Source of the DNA: Dudresnaya verticillata
Taxonomy: Eukaryota
Length of the DNA stretch: 64,000 nucleotides
Direction of reading: 5' to 3'
Assembly: GCA_977862235.1 (NCBI GenBank)
Contig: OZ374565.1
Span: 2,232,001 to 2,296,000 of the forward strand
Shown: one piece after another, positions 35,172-46,793 of the stretch
Numbering within the stretch: position 1 is the first letter of the stretch
Layout of the letters: each line of letters starts with the position of its first letter
Made by a program: the position numbers and the translations under genes
The notes under the pieces: generated by a model
The model's input: the letters and a program-made list of their open reading frames with translations, nothing else
Told to the model about the DNA's origin: nothing
Databases searched by the model: none

Positions 35172-37979
35172 TCCCTATCCACCTCATTAGCACCAGTAGT
35201 TACGCAGTGTGTTTGCCAATAGGCCTTTGACGCCGAGGCGAATACACTCTAAATCGTGCTGAGTAAACTTTATCATCGCTGTCCACTGCAGTTCCGCACG
35301 CATGTTTGGCACGCTGCCATATGCGTGATCTTTCAAGCGAATCGCGCCTGAGATCTGGACCACTAGAGTGAAGCTCATCTAGGCCTGCCCGGCTCCTCTT
35401 CAGCAGTTCTATTAGATGTACGCGTTACTGCCAGAATAACCCTACTGCCAGTCCCCTTTTTGACATATATGGGCACCATGCAACCATTTGCAAAGCTTGG
35501 GAAGGTGCAATTTTCCGCCACGATCAACTAAGCCACAGGCCAACAGACTTCTTCCGCACCATCGCCCGTCAACACGGTATCCGCATTGATCTCGAGCGGC
35601 ACTTTAGCTACATCGACGAACTCGGTAGTGTTAACGCTTCAACAACATCCTCACATTCCATTACGTAGGTGCGCAGTGGCGGTGTCGCTGGAACAGAGCA
35701 AAATTTGTTGCGATGGTAACTCTGGCCTTCATTTGCTATCGTATTGTAATGTATCATAATTATGCAACCTCAACATTTACTTTTTCTTTCTAATGTAAAG
35801 TGTGCCCACAAAAGGACTTCAAATGTAGTTCTAAGAAGGAGGGACTTGCAGTGTAGTGTCAAAGCGCTGACGATGGTAGAATTCAATGCATAAGTACCCA
35901 GCATGAAATGCAGCACAAGTCGAGTGCGTTAAAACAAAAAGTGTCGTCAAACGACTTGTTACTGCTGAATTCCAACAGCTCAGAAACACTCTCTGTTGAG
36001 TTTCTCGATATCCAGACTTGACAAGTATTCGCATTGTACTTAAATGCTCACCGGGTCCAAGTTGTACTCCATGTCTCCGTCTCTGATCCATCCTCCCTTC
36101 GTCGTAGAGCCGCTGTTGCAGTTCGTGACATACACCGCAGCATTAGTTAGATCTGAATTACTGTATTGCTTTGCAGAACTGCCGTGGTTAATGATCAGTA
36201 TCCTAATGCCCACTCCATTCTCTCCGGTGCTGATAGTGGTTGAAAATTGGTTGTGTCGTCCGGGTTGTACCCAAACCACATTGGTGGTGCCCACGTAGTG
36301 GCCAATGGCATCCCGTAATTTGGAATCAGAGATTGAGGTTCCGCTTGATCCGCAACGATCTGCAATAGTAACGGTCCCCATTGTGGTGAACGCAACAACC
36401 GCCAACATCGTTCCAAAGTATTTTTTCGAAGGGTGCTCCATATTGCCAAGGAAATATGCTTTGACTTGAACTTCGTGCTTGGCCCTTTACTGTTCCCATC
36501 TAACCACTTCAAAGATGCTGTATTTATACTAGTAAGTGAAATGTACATTGACCAAGTTGGGAGCTCTGAAGGACAAGCACGGCATTCATGTTATTCAATG
36601 CGCATAGTCACTGAGGATGGTGCACCGGATACAAGTATGCGCTGTGTTGTGTGTAGGATGGATTGCTGTCGACCAGTCTATCCAGGGGCTGGGGACGATG
36701 TTCCACTTTACCGCTTTCGTGTCACCTAGAGTTCTAGAGGGGGAAGATGTTTAAAATGTTTAGAATGCAGTGCTCGGCGTGAGCGTATTGTGATCTGTGA
36801 CCGTGCAAGCACCTTGCTTTCCAACTCAATACAATGTCTCGTGTCTGCGTTACAAAGCACTTTGCTGCCGAAAACGCTGCAGCTGGGCTGCCCGTTTGTG
36901 AGCTGGCTATTGATTTTACCTGAGAGTTTGAATCATACTGTACCCGGTCCTTTAAGGCGCGTTCACCGGCCGTCATAAATCGGCTGAATTTTTGCATACG
37001 CCACTTCGTATTGCATCGCTACGCCGTCACCAACATCACCAACATGACGCTATCGACGACATTCGCCACCTTGGCTACAGCGCTGTTACCAATCTCCGAC
37101 CACCATCCGTTACTTCTTACCCCTACACGTGGTGTGTTAGCTCATAGGCCCCCGCTGCCGGAGCAGACGCACTCTACACGAGTTCGAGTAAAAGTATACT
37201 ACAGTATCACCAACATCTGTAGGATTGTTTATCTTATTGCATCGTCTTCCACAATTCACATTCCAGCGTAGTTGTTCCCAGTAGCGTAGGGGCATCACTG
37301 GAACAATTCTCCACTTCCACATGCAGCTTGTCTAACGTGCCGCTCCGTCCCGAGGCCTGGAGCGCATACTTGCGGCAACCGCACAGAAAACCAGCGCGAT
37401 CATCGCATTATCTAACGTGTGCTTACGGCTTCCTAGCACGGAAATCATGTTTGCGCCTCGAACAAGGTGCTACCGATTTATCTGGACGTGTAGAGCTCGA
37501 AGGCTGGGGGCAGGATGTCCCGTGCTTAAAAGGATGCGCTTTCTGAGGGTTGCTGAACCGCTCAGATCCGATCACCAGGCTACCGTTGGTAGTGCTTAAA
37601 GGTGCCGTGTGCTTCATGAAGACTGTCATAGATGCTGGCCAGGCAATGTGAATGGGGCACAAGATGGTCTTTTGCGGATTGGGCGTTTGCACGAGTTTCT
37701 GCTGCCTTGAAGGCACCCCGAAGGGTAAATTACCATCGCGAACACAGCGTACCAGCCCTGCCCAAAGTCGTCTCAATTCCGCATAGCTGGCCGGGAAATC
37801 GAGGTTGTCCAGAGCGCCCGGTATCTCGGCGTGGAGCTCATCAGTCGCGGCATTGATTCCCAAGCTATGATCAACCGAGCAAAGACCGCAAAGCAAGTTG
37901 TCACCATGTTGGCCAACGCTGGCCATCGCAAACCCCGAATGCCCCCCCACCCCGAGCAGCAAGATTTGTTTATCAAACG
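35172..37979 (+). repeat. Segmental duplication copy A (~2.8 kb)
   Basis: Essentially identical to 39012-41818 (offset 3840). ORF translations match; a 1-nt difference occurs in a C-run near the end. Confidence 0.95.
36040..36441 (-). CDS. Small secreted protein (133 aa), copy 1
   Basis: ATG start, signal-peptide-like MLAVVAFTTMGTVTIA, two Cys, C-terminal C...KGGW segment, protein-like composition. Confidence 0.6.
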   Translation of the reverse strand: MEHPSKKYFGTMLAVVAFTTMGTVTIADRCGSSGTSISDSKLRDAIGHYVGTTNVVWVQPGRHNQFSTTISTGENGVGIRILIINHGSSAKQYSNSDLTNAAVYVTNCNSGSTTKGGWIRDGDMEYNLDPVSI

Positions 37980-38843
37980 ATTGTCGGTCGTATTGTTTAG
38001 TACGCCCTGGCGCTGGCCACCCTCAAGCCAGACCTGGAATCTATGTTGGACAGCGTACAGGCTATATTTTTCCGGACTGCTATCGGGCAACGAACACCGT
38101 ACATGCCTCCTATTAGGTTTCGTAAATTGCGAGCCCTCTTTCAAATCCCTAACCACTCACATTGGCATCAGCAGCTCCAACATGCTCTAGCCTACTGCGT
38201 CCGACAACTCTCCCGTAGCACCGATGCCGAAGTGTCTTGGGCAGCTTCATCGATGCTCTCCGCTGGCAACGTTTTGGCGACACCTGGCTTGCTGGGAGCA
38301 ATCCTCTACCCACCATCACGGCGCCAACTTCGTCATGCTCAGATTACAGCCTGGTAAACCTGGCGCCTTGCGTTTGTCGGCACGGGGCCGGCCCCTGTAT
38401 ACGCCCGGACCTACTTCGCACCTGTCATAGAACTGCCGTTAAAGTCATAGCCGTGCCCCTGCCATCGTATGCTGGCATTACGTTGGCATTTAGGGACATT
38501 CCCTATCCCTCCCGCGAGAGGGCGAAACGTAACTATTACCGCGCTGTTTGTGATCAATATGACATCGAGCTGCACCCGATGGTCATTGATATATATGGGC
38601 ACACCGGTGCTGGCTTCGACATCGGCGCTCAAGTCTTCGCCAACTTTCTTGCCGAAAAGAAAGGCACTTGCCCGCTTGCTGAGAAACATGCTCTCTTGAA
38701 TCGTCTTGTCTCGTTTGTTACGCAGTTTGTCGCCGTCATCGTCAATCATCGCCGCTTGACTCCTGCAGATTTGCCTCCTATGTAGTGGTTAAGAGTATCC
38801 AGTAGGGATACTATAACTTCATGATTTCGTAAAGTGACGTTTG
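36990..38843 (+). pseudogene. Degenerate RLE-type non-LTR retrotransposon relic (5' boundary approximate)
   Basis: Broken frames with RVAEPLR (cf. IAVGETIRR) and an RLE C-terminus RERAKRNYY...LHPMVIDIYG. The 5' part is duplicated at ~40830-41818. Confidence 0.6.
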
Positions 38844-39011
38844 CCCTCTAGTCAGGCCGCTGCGCGCCGCATCGCAACACCAGCTCCTACGACCGATTTT
38901 GGGCCTTCTTTGTCCACCCAAACCCACCTCTCTCCACACACTCACACGTATTGCACAAACCATCGATCAGATCTGCCGTTCTGGTCTCCTTCGCCCTACG
39001 CTCTCTGCTCC

Positions 39012-41818
39012 TCCCTATCCACCTCATTAGCACCAGTAGTTACGCAGTGTGTTTGCCAATAGGCCTTTGACGCCGAGGCGAATACACTCTAAATCGTGCT
39101 GAGTAAACTTTATCATCGCTGTCCACTGCAGTTCCGCACGCATGTTTGGCACGCTGCCATATGCGTGATCTTTCAAGCGAATCGCGCCTGAGATCTGGAC
39201 CACTAGAGTGAAGCTCATCTAGGCCTGCCCGGCTCCTCTTCAGCAGTTCTATTAGATGTACGCGTTACTGCCAGAATAACCCTACTGCCAGTCCCCTTTT
39301 TGACATATATGGGCACCATGCAACCATTTGCAAAGCTTGGGAAGGTGCAATTTTCCGCCACGATCAACTAAGCCACAGGCCAACAGACTTCTTCCGCACC
39401 ATCGCCCGTCAACACGGTATCCGCATTGATCTCGAGCGGCACTTTAGCTACATCGACGAACTCGGTAGTGTTAACGCTTCAACAACATCCTCACATTCCA
39501 TTACGTAGGTGCGCAGTGGCGGTGTCGCTGGAACAGAGCAAAATTTGTTGCGATGGTAACTCTGGCCTTCATTTGCTATCGTATTGTAATGTATCATAAT
39601 TATGCAACCTCAACATTTACTTTTTCTTTCTAATGTAAAGTGTGCCCACAAAAGGACTTCAAATGTAGTTCTAAGAAGGAGGGACTTGCAGTGTAGTGTC
39701 AAAGCGCTGACGATGGTAGAATTCAATGCATAAGTACCCAGCATGAAATGCAGCACAAGTCGAGTGCGTTAAAACAAAAAGTGTCGTCAAACGACTTGTT
39801 ACTGCTGAATTCCAACAGCTCAGAAACACTCTCTGTTGAGTTTCTCGATATCCAGACTTGACAAGTATTCGCATTGTACTTAAATGCTCACCGGGTCCAA
39901 GTTGTACTCCATGTCTCCGTCTCTGATCCATCCTCCCTTCGTCGTAGAGCCGCTGTTGCAGTTCGTGACATACACCGCAGCATTAGTTAGATCTGAATTA
40001 CTGTATTGCTTTGCAGAACTGCCGTGGTTAATGATCAGTATCCTAATGCCCACTCCATTCTCTCCGGTGCTGATAGTGGTTGAAAATTGGTTGTGTCGTC
40101 CGGGTTGTACCCAAACCACATTGGTGGTGCCCACGTAGTGGCCAATGGCATCCCGTAATTTGGAATCAGAGATTGAGGTTCCGCTTGATCCGCAACGATC
40201 TGCAATAGTAACGGTCCCCATTGTGGTGAACGCAACAACCGCCAACATCGTTCCAAAGTATTTTTTCGAAGGGTGCTCCATATTGCCAAGGAAATATGCT
40301 TTGACTTGAACTTCGTGCTTGGCCCTTTACTGTTCCCATCTAACCACTTCAAAGATGCTGTATTTATACTAGTAAGTGAAATGTACATTGACCAAGTTGG
40401 GAGCTCTGAAGGACAAGCACGGCATTCATGTTATTCAATGCGCATAGTCACTGAGGATGGTGCACCGGATACAAGTATGCGCTGTGTTGTGTGTAGGATG
40501 GATTGCTGTCGACCAGTCTATCCAGGGGCTGGGGACGATGTTCCACTTTACCGCTTTCGTGTCACCTAGAGTTCTAGAGGGGGAAGATGTTTAAAATGTT
40601 TAGAATGCAGTGCTCGGCGTGAGCGTATTGTGATCTGTGACCGTGCAAGCACCTTGCTTTCCAACTCAATACAATGTCTCGTGTCTGCGTTACAAAGCAC
40701 TTTGCTGCCGAAAACGCTGCAGCTGGGCTGCCCGTTTGTGAGCTGGCTATTGATTTTACCTGAGAGTTTGAATCATACTGTACCCGGTCCTTTAAGGCGC
40801 GTTCACCGGCCGTCATAAATCGGCTGAATTTTTGCATACGCCACTTCGTATTGCATCGCTACGCCGTCACCAACATCACCAACATGACGCTATCGACGAC
40901 ATTCGCCACCTTGGCTACAGCGCTGTTACCAATCTCCGACCACCATCCGTTACTTCTTACCCCTACACGTGGTGTGTTAGCTCATAGGCCCCCGCTGCCG
41001 GAGCAGACGCACTCTACACGAGTTCGAGTAAAAGTATACTACAGTATCACCAACATCTGTAGGATTGTTTATCTTATTGCATCGTCTTCCACAATTCACA
41101 TTCCAGCGTAGTTGTTCCCAGTAGCGTAGGGGCATCACTGGAACAATTCTCCACTTCCACATGCAGCTTGTCTAACGTGCCGCTCCGTCCCGAGGCCTGG
41201 AGCGCATACTTGCGGCAACCGCACAGAAAACCAGCGCGATCATCGCATTATCTAACGTGTGCTTACGGCTTCCTAGCACGGAAATCATGTTTGCGCCTCG
41301 AACAAGGTGCTACCGATTTATCTGGACGTGTAGAGCTCGAAGGCTGGGGGCAGGATGTCCCGTGCTTAAAAGGATGCGCTTTCTGAGGGTTGCTGAACCG
41401 CTCAGATCCGATCACCAGGCTACCGTTGGTAGTGCTTAAAGGTGCCGTGTGCTTCATGAAGACTGTCATAGATGCTGGCCAGGCAATGTGAATGGGGCAC
41501 AAGATGGTCTTTTGCGGATTGGGCGTTTGCACGAGTTTCTGCTGCCTTGAAGGCACCCCGAAGGGTAAATTACCATCGCGAACACAGCGTACCAGCCCTG
41601 CCCAAAGTCGTCTCAATTCCGCATAGCTGGCCGGGAAATCGAGGTTGTCCAGAGCGCCCGGTATCTCGGCGTGGAGCTCATCAGTCGCGGCATTGATTCC
41701 CAAGCTATGATCAACCGAGCAAAGACCGCAAAGCAAGTTGTCACCATGTTGGCCAACGCTGGCCATCGCAAACCCCGAATGCCCCCCACCCCGAGCAGCA
41801 AGATTTGTTTATCAAACG
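39012..41818 (+). repeat. Segmental duplication copy B (~2.8 kb)
   Basis: Essentially identical to 35172-37979. Ends abruptly at ...TTATCAAACG inside a retroelement relic. Confidence 0.95.
39880..40281 (-). CDS. Small secreted protein (133 aa), identical copy 2
   Basis: Translation identical to 36040..36441. Confidence 0.6.
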   Translation of the reverse strand: MEHPSKKYFGTMLAVVAFTTMGTVTIADRCGSSGTSISDSKLRDAIGHYVGTTNVVWVQPGRHNQFSTTISTGENGVGIRILIINHGSSAKQYSNSDLTNAAVYVTNCNSGSTTKGGWIRDGDMEYNLDPVSI

Positions 41819-42130
41819 TTTGGCACGCCTTCTGGTCCACCCAAACCCACCTCTCAGAACGTCCATGAGCTGGTTGACTGTATTTATATTGAATCCTGCG
41901 TTTAGAGTAAATGGTATACGGTTATGGGTCATTACTTTAATGCTCCACGTGTACACTACAGTCGGATGGACATTGGACGCAGGAGTCTTTAGTCGATGAC
42001 GGGGAGTGCAGTTGATGGCGCATTTAAATAGGGGTACGGCGGGAACAGCAAGCACATTCGGCCATACTACGCAGACATGCTCCGTATCCCATCCCGAACT
42101 GCGAAGATAAGTCTCGTCAGGCTGGTTTAG

Positions 42131-45100
42131 TACTGAGGTGAGTTCAACTTTATAACAGGTGATCATATTCTAATATTTTTCGACGTACAATCTACTCTAG
42201 TATCACACCAAAGTTAAACCCCAACTCAAGACAACTTGCACATCTACACCTCCTGTTGGATCCCTTCCATCAGGCACTTGACGTTGTTCTGCACCAGTCG
42301 CGCCGCGTGCCTGTGGAACAGAGCCGCTCGCGAAACACCGCGAGTTACCATGGCCCGAGAAGCCACGGTATCCGCCAACTCTTGCATATACTTGTGCGCC
42401 TCCGGGTGCCAGCCACCTAGTGTGGTCATCGGCACCGGCACAAGTCTTGCCCCCGGTCCGGCAGCCTGGATGAAGCCACGGTAAGTCCGCACCTTGTCAG
42501 CGTGGGCGTTCTTCAGCGTCCCTTGCGGGTTTGTTATGCAGCTGAGAATGCGTTGTTCTGACGACAGTGGATGACTGATTGTGACGTCCAGGTAGTCCGT
42601 TCCTCCTTCTGTTCCAAGCGCCTTGATGTCCGGCCGATCCAGGTGAGCCCCCACAGGGCGGGGCTCCACAGTCGGGGTGCGTGTCGCACGTTTCAGATCC
42701 GAAGCCAGCAGACGAACCTGAGAGTCGTGGCGCCACGACCGAGGAGATCCGCTGTTCCGCATGCCGTTCGGACAAATCAGCAGATGGTCGCCGTGAACAT
42801 CCATCATCTTCTTGCACCCGGCCCGAGGACACTCCGTGTCGGGTTCCAGCAGTGGAATCCGACAGTAGAATCGAAGCCATACGCGGTAGTCCCGATCCGC
42901 AATGTACGTCTTCATGCCTGGTGCCGGCTGGCACTTGAGCCAGTCCTTGGCGCCCGGCGCGCCAAGGGAAGCTCGGAAAGCTTGCGTCCGCCTGTCCCCG
43001 AGCGGCAGCTCGGCTTGCACTTTCTTCAGTACCAACCGCGTCAAGTCCCTCTGGCGTGGGCACTCGTCGCTGTCGATCTTCTCCAGGTCCAGAGCATCCT
43101 CACTATGGCACTTGGCGCTCCAGTCTTCGTGCGCTTCTACTGCAAAAGGATCGTCAGAAAGAGCAGTGTTCACAGAAGCGGGTAAGATAGAACGCAGTAA
43201 GTTGCGGGTCAGTGAAAGGGACGCCAAAAACGCGCTCGAGTTCATGTCGCCAGCTCCCGAAATACCGATACCGAAGCTGGGCTCTTTCGTGCGCAGGGGA
43301 AGCTGAAGTTCGCGGAAGGTGTCCCTCGGTAGGACTCCTCCCACGAGCTTGCGCATGCAAGCCTCAATCTTCTGGTCGAAGAGCTCGGCGCCCTTCGCCG
43401 TGGCGGATGATGGAACTACTCGCAGCAGGTAGTTCAGCCGGCAGACTCCGGCACAGTTGCGGAGTAGAGTTATGGCCACGTGTAGGTCTTCGAGTCCCGA
43501 AATTGCGTCCAGCAGGGGCTGGATGGACTCGACATGGCCCTTCACGCTCTCCTCCATGTAGTTCTGCGTTCCAATCGGAGCCTGAAGTACTGTAGTGCCT
43601 TCTCCGTAGCTCTGCCCAAGATCCGACGGGTATGCAGCGCAGTCTTCTGGGTCGGGTGCAGTAGGCCACCAAACAGTACACTTGTCCATGCGCAGGTGGA
43701 AGCCGTAGCCGTTAGCTTCCTCGGAGTCAAAGAAGGACAGAACCTTCCTGAGTACGGCGTGTTTCGCCACGATGACGCCGTCGTCCAGGTAGAACAGTGA
43801 CAGCAGCAAGTTGTTTGCTGCCTCCGCTTGCTGATTGCGGCCCGAGCGCCGCAGGTCGGCGGTGAGTTCCTTCAACTGTTTGATCAGTGCCTGCAGCACC
43901 AAAGCAAACAGTAACGGCCCGAGCGGGTCACCTTGCTGTACACCAGTGACACTCCGCAGTAGAGTGTCACCCATCCACAGGTGCGGGCCCTCAGAGTCAT
44001 AACAGAATCTGACCCACGGTAGTAGTTCAGGCATATGTCGGCGGACCTCCTTCATGAATGCTTTGCGGCTGACAAGGTTGAAGGCATTCTTCAAGTCCAC
44101 TTGTAGCAACCCGTAGGACTTGTCATGGCCGTGAGACTTCTGCAGCTTCCGGACCGCGTGTACAATCGCTTCTGTGCCGCCCGAGGTTGCGACCCCGAGC
44201 TGAAGCGGTTCGAGGTATGCCTTGGCCTTGGGAGCGACTCTGGTCATGAGCATAGAGCTCACGAGTCGTCGGATTGTCTCTCCTACAGCAATGGGGCGGA
44301 CACCGCCGGTGCGCTTCTTCAGAGCCGTGAGAGGAGCGCTGGCAATCCAAGGCGACAGCTCCGCAGGTCCTGCGCCGCTGGCCAGCACGTTGACCATTTT
44401 GGTGAGCCCGCCAAGCAGGCCCGTGTGCTCGTGAGTGGTCGGGACTGAGAGCAGTTCCTGCAGATGCGTCGGTGATAGTCCTGTGCCCCCCGAGGCCGAA
44501 GCCCGGGGGAACTTGGCCACTGCTTTTCGTACTTCGTCGGCTGTGAAAGGCACAAAGTCAGGCATGGTCGGCAGCGGTTCGGACTGGTCAAGCTCGTGGT
44601 CCGCGTCGGTTTGCGGTACGGACTGTGGGTGCTTGTCCTTCATGGACTGTATCACAGAGTCTGTGGCTGGCGCGATTCCATCAGAGTCTAGAGCTGCTGC
44701 TGCCTTACTGTAGGCGCCCTCCTTTGCGAGGCGAAGGGCTCGTGAGGCGTTGATACGGCGTTGCTCTTCTGCGGAAGGCGCAGTCTGCTCACGGAATGTC
44801 GAGCCCTTCAAGGCCTCCTGCCATAGGGCGTCGTAATCCTTGAGTCCCCAGCGGCGGATTCGATCGCGGAAGGTGCCGATCGAGGACGCAGAGGTTGACG
44901 CGCCGGCCCTTGCACTCGCCGCGGGAGGATTGGACAAGACGGCTGCTGGAAAAAGCAGGAATGCAGTGAGCTCTTTGGTGGCTTCCTGAGAGTTGTTTGC
45001 GTTCGTAAAAGCCCATACCGTCTTGGACAGTGCGTCGCGCACCTCTGCGCGGACGCGAGACGGTATATGTGTGACCATAGGGATATGCGAGCGACAGATA

Positions 45101-46793
45101 TCTTCGACCGCCGGCAGAAGCTGCCCTCCTGGACCCCGCGCAGCGTGTCGGGTTTGCGCAGTTGGTACCACTTGAGTAGCTGGTACCGGTGCAGGAGGCG
45201 GCTCCTGGCTGTCCGGGATTCGTCGCGGGGCTGGCAGGATATCGTCCGCCGGCTCGCCGTCCTCGGGTTGCGTCTCCGTGACCGCGTCCAGAGCAGGAGT
45301 CTGTGATGGCGCGGCTACAGTTTCTTCACGGCTCGGTGTCGTCAATTGGTTGGACGGGACGTGGGAGAACGCCGGAGTGCGAGTGGCGGGACATGCGCTG
45401 CAATTCTTGTACCGCATACTGTACATGCCTTCACTGTTCATGCGGGAGCTACAGTGGGTAGGCATGTACTTGTTGTGAGTCACACAGTACCATACTCCAT
45501 AGTCCAGGAGCTGCTGCTTGAGAGGCTCGATGTCGGTCCTCGTCGGTGGTCCTCGCCTGCCAGGAACATGCATCTTCCGCAGGTGCATGAGTAGCGCTTC
45601 TACAGTAGGCAGTGAGGACGACTGGCAGCCCAGAGGACAGCTGGTACTGTTTGTCGGGCGGTGTTTTGCCGAAGGCATAAAGCATGGAGAGAGCCATACC
45701 TTCGGCATGTCGGGGTGCTGCTGACCAATCATGGTTACAGCGCTGGGTAAGGTACCTGTAAAGGTCCTCTACAGTAGGTTCCCTCGGGGCACAGACCTCC
45801 TAACCGGGACGCAAGCCTGTCGTCCGTCGTCAGTCTGTTCGGGACACCTCCAGAGGGTGCTACAGGTGGCCTTGCTGCGAGATGAAGGCCTCTTCGCAGC
45901 GTAGGGCGTGAGATTGCGCAATTTGCGCACGAGCTCGCGCAAAAGGGCGCACGTGTTAGCGTTCGCGCGTAGACTTATCGGACGTTCCCTTCCCTGCCGC
46001 AGCTGAGAAGAGTCTCTTCACTGCGGTCCTGTAACGCGCGGTACTTCTCGTTTGCACAAGCTCTCAATGGGGTCGCAGAACCACCGTTTACCTGTGAGTG
46101 CCCACAGGATTTTTGGCCTCCCCCGAAGGTTCGCTGGCAGGACGTTCGCTCGATCTTAGAAGGGGTGGTTTCAAAACAGGATCCACCAGGCTTAAGCCAC
46201 GTTACCCCAACTTCGACGTTGCTTGGCACGTTTCTGCGATGAGCTTGTGGGTCACGAGCCGCCTACCACTCAAGGTCGAGGGTCTTTGGCGATTCCCACA
46301 CTTGTAGGTCTCTCGGCACTTCCCGAAGGAAGATTTTACAGGACAAGCCTGGCCTTTACCAATCTGTCAGTTGAAGGGTGTGAAACCCCTCTGTCGACAG
46401 TCCACGGCAGCCTAGACAGAGTCTAGGCTGTGCCGGGTACAAGCAAAACGCGTACAGGGCCAGGGAAAGAAAGATAAGTCAGTGGGGCCCGGGCAAATTT
46501 CAAGGTGAGGGATCACCTTAAAAGTAAGCGCAAAATAGGAAACGCGTGACCGTCGGCGACGACGGCGGCGGCGACGGCGGCGACGACGACGGCGTCGCGG
46601 CGCAGATCGACGGCGCAAAAAGAGACAAAAGTAGACCGCGCTCGCCCGCCGTCAAAGGTGAAGGGCTGAAAAACCCCGCACCGACGCGCCGTCGCGCGCT
46701 CGAACAGGCGGCACCGCCGCCGAAAAGATCGGTGCAGAACTTGTTGAGATATCCGCGAAACAAAATTTTCGGCAGATCGCGAGGGAGTCGGAG
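42131..46793 (-). mobile_element. CRE-clade non-LTR retrotransposon, array unit 1 (full length, ~4.66 kb)
   Basis: About 1.06-kb 5' UTR, single RT-RLE ORF, ~110-nt 3' UTR ending in ...CTCACCTCAGTA. No poly(A). Confidence 0.95.
42244..45732 (-). CDS. CRE-type retrotransposon protein: C2H2 Zn finger, reverse transcriptase, CCHC knuckle, restriction-like endonuclease (1162 aa)
   Basis: Zn finger CPLGC...HLRKMH. RT motifs RPIAVGE, QLGV, VDLKNAFN, GVQQGDPLGPLLF, YLDD. Knuckle CPRAGC...HLLIC. Endonuclease motifs RHD, RPDI...YLDVTISHP, KVRTY, GGW. Confidence 0.97.
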   Translation of the reverse strand: MIGQQHPDMPKVWLSPCFMPSAKHRPTNSTSCPLGCQSSSLPTVEALLMHLRKMHVPGRRGPPTRTDIEPLKQQLLDYGVWYCVTHNKYMPTHCSSRMNSEGMYSMRYKNCSACPATRTPAFSHVPSNQLTTPSREETVAAPSQTPALDAVTETQPEDGEPADDILPAPRRIPDSQEPPPAPVPATQVVPTAQTRHAARGPGGQLLPAVEDICRSHIPMVTHIPSRVRAEVRDALSKTVWAFTNANNSQEATKELTAFLLFPAAVLSNPPAASARAGASTSASSIGTFRDRIRRWGLKDYDALWQEALKGSTFREQTAPSAEEQRRINASRALRLAKEGAYSKAAAALDSDGIAPATDSVIQSMKDKHPQSVPQTDADHELDQSEPLPTMPDFVPFTADEVRKAVAKFPRASASGGTGLSPTHLQELLSVPTTHEHTGLLGGLTKMVNVLASGAGPAELSPWIASAPLTALKKRTGGVRPIAVGETIRRLVSSMLMTRVAPKAKAYLEPLQLGVATSGGTEAIVHAVRKLQKSHGHDKSYGLLQVDLKNAFNLVSRKAFMKEVRRHMPELLPWVRFCYDSEGPHLWMGDTLLRSVTGVQQGDPLGPLLFALVLQALIKQLKELTADLRRSGRNQQAEAANNLLLSLFYLDDGVIVAKHAVLRKVLSFFDSEEANGYGFHLRMDKCTVWWPTAPDPEDCAAYPSDLGQSYGEGTTVLQAPIGTQNYMEESVKGHVESIQPLLDAISGLEDLHVAITLLRNCAGVCRLNYLLRVVPSSATAKGAELFDQKIEACMRKLVGGVLPRDTFRELQLPLRTKEPSFGIGISGAGDMNSSAFLASLSLTRNLLRSILPASVNTALSDDPFAVEAHEDWSAKCHSEDALDLEKIDSDECPRQRDLTRLVLKKVQAELPLGDRRTQAFRASLGAPGAKDWLKCQPAPGMKTYIADRDYRVWLRFYCRIPLLEPDTECPRAGCKKMMDVHGDHLLICPNGMRNSGSPRSWRHDSQVRLLASDLKRATRTPTVEPRPVGAHLDRPDIKALGTEGGTDYLDVTISHPLSSEQRILSCITNPQGTLKNAHADKVRTYRGFIQAAGPGARLVPVPMTTLGGWHPEAHKYMQELADTVASRAMVTRGVSRAALFHRHAARLVQNNVKCLMEGIQQEV

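Noticed and set aside
42215..42225. AAACCCCAA in the element 3' UTR as a telomere seed
   Set aside because: Single copy per unit, not tandem, and C-rich on the strand expected to be G-rich.
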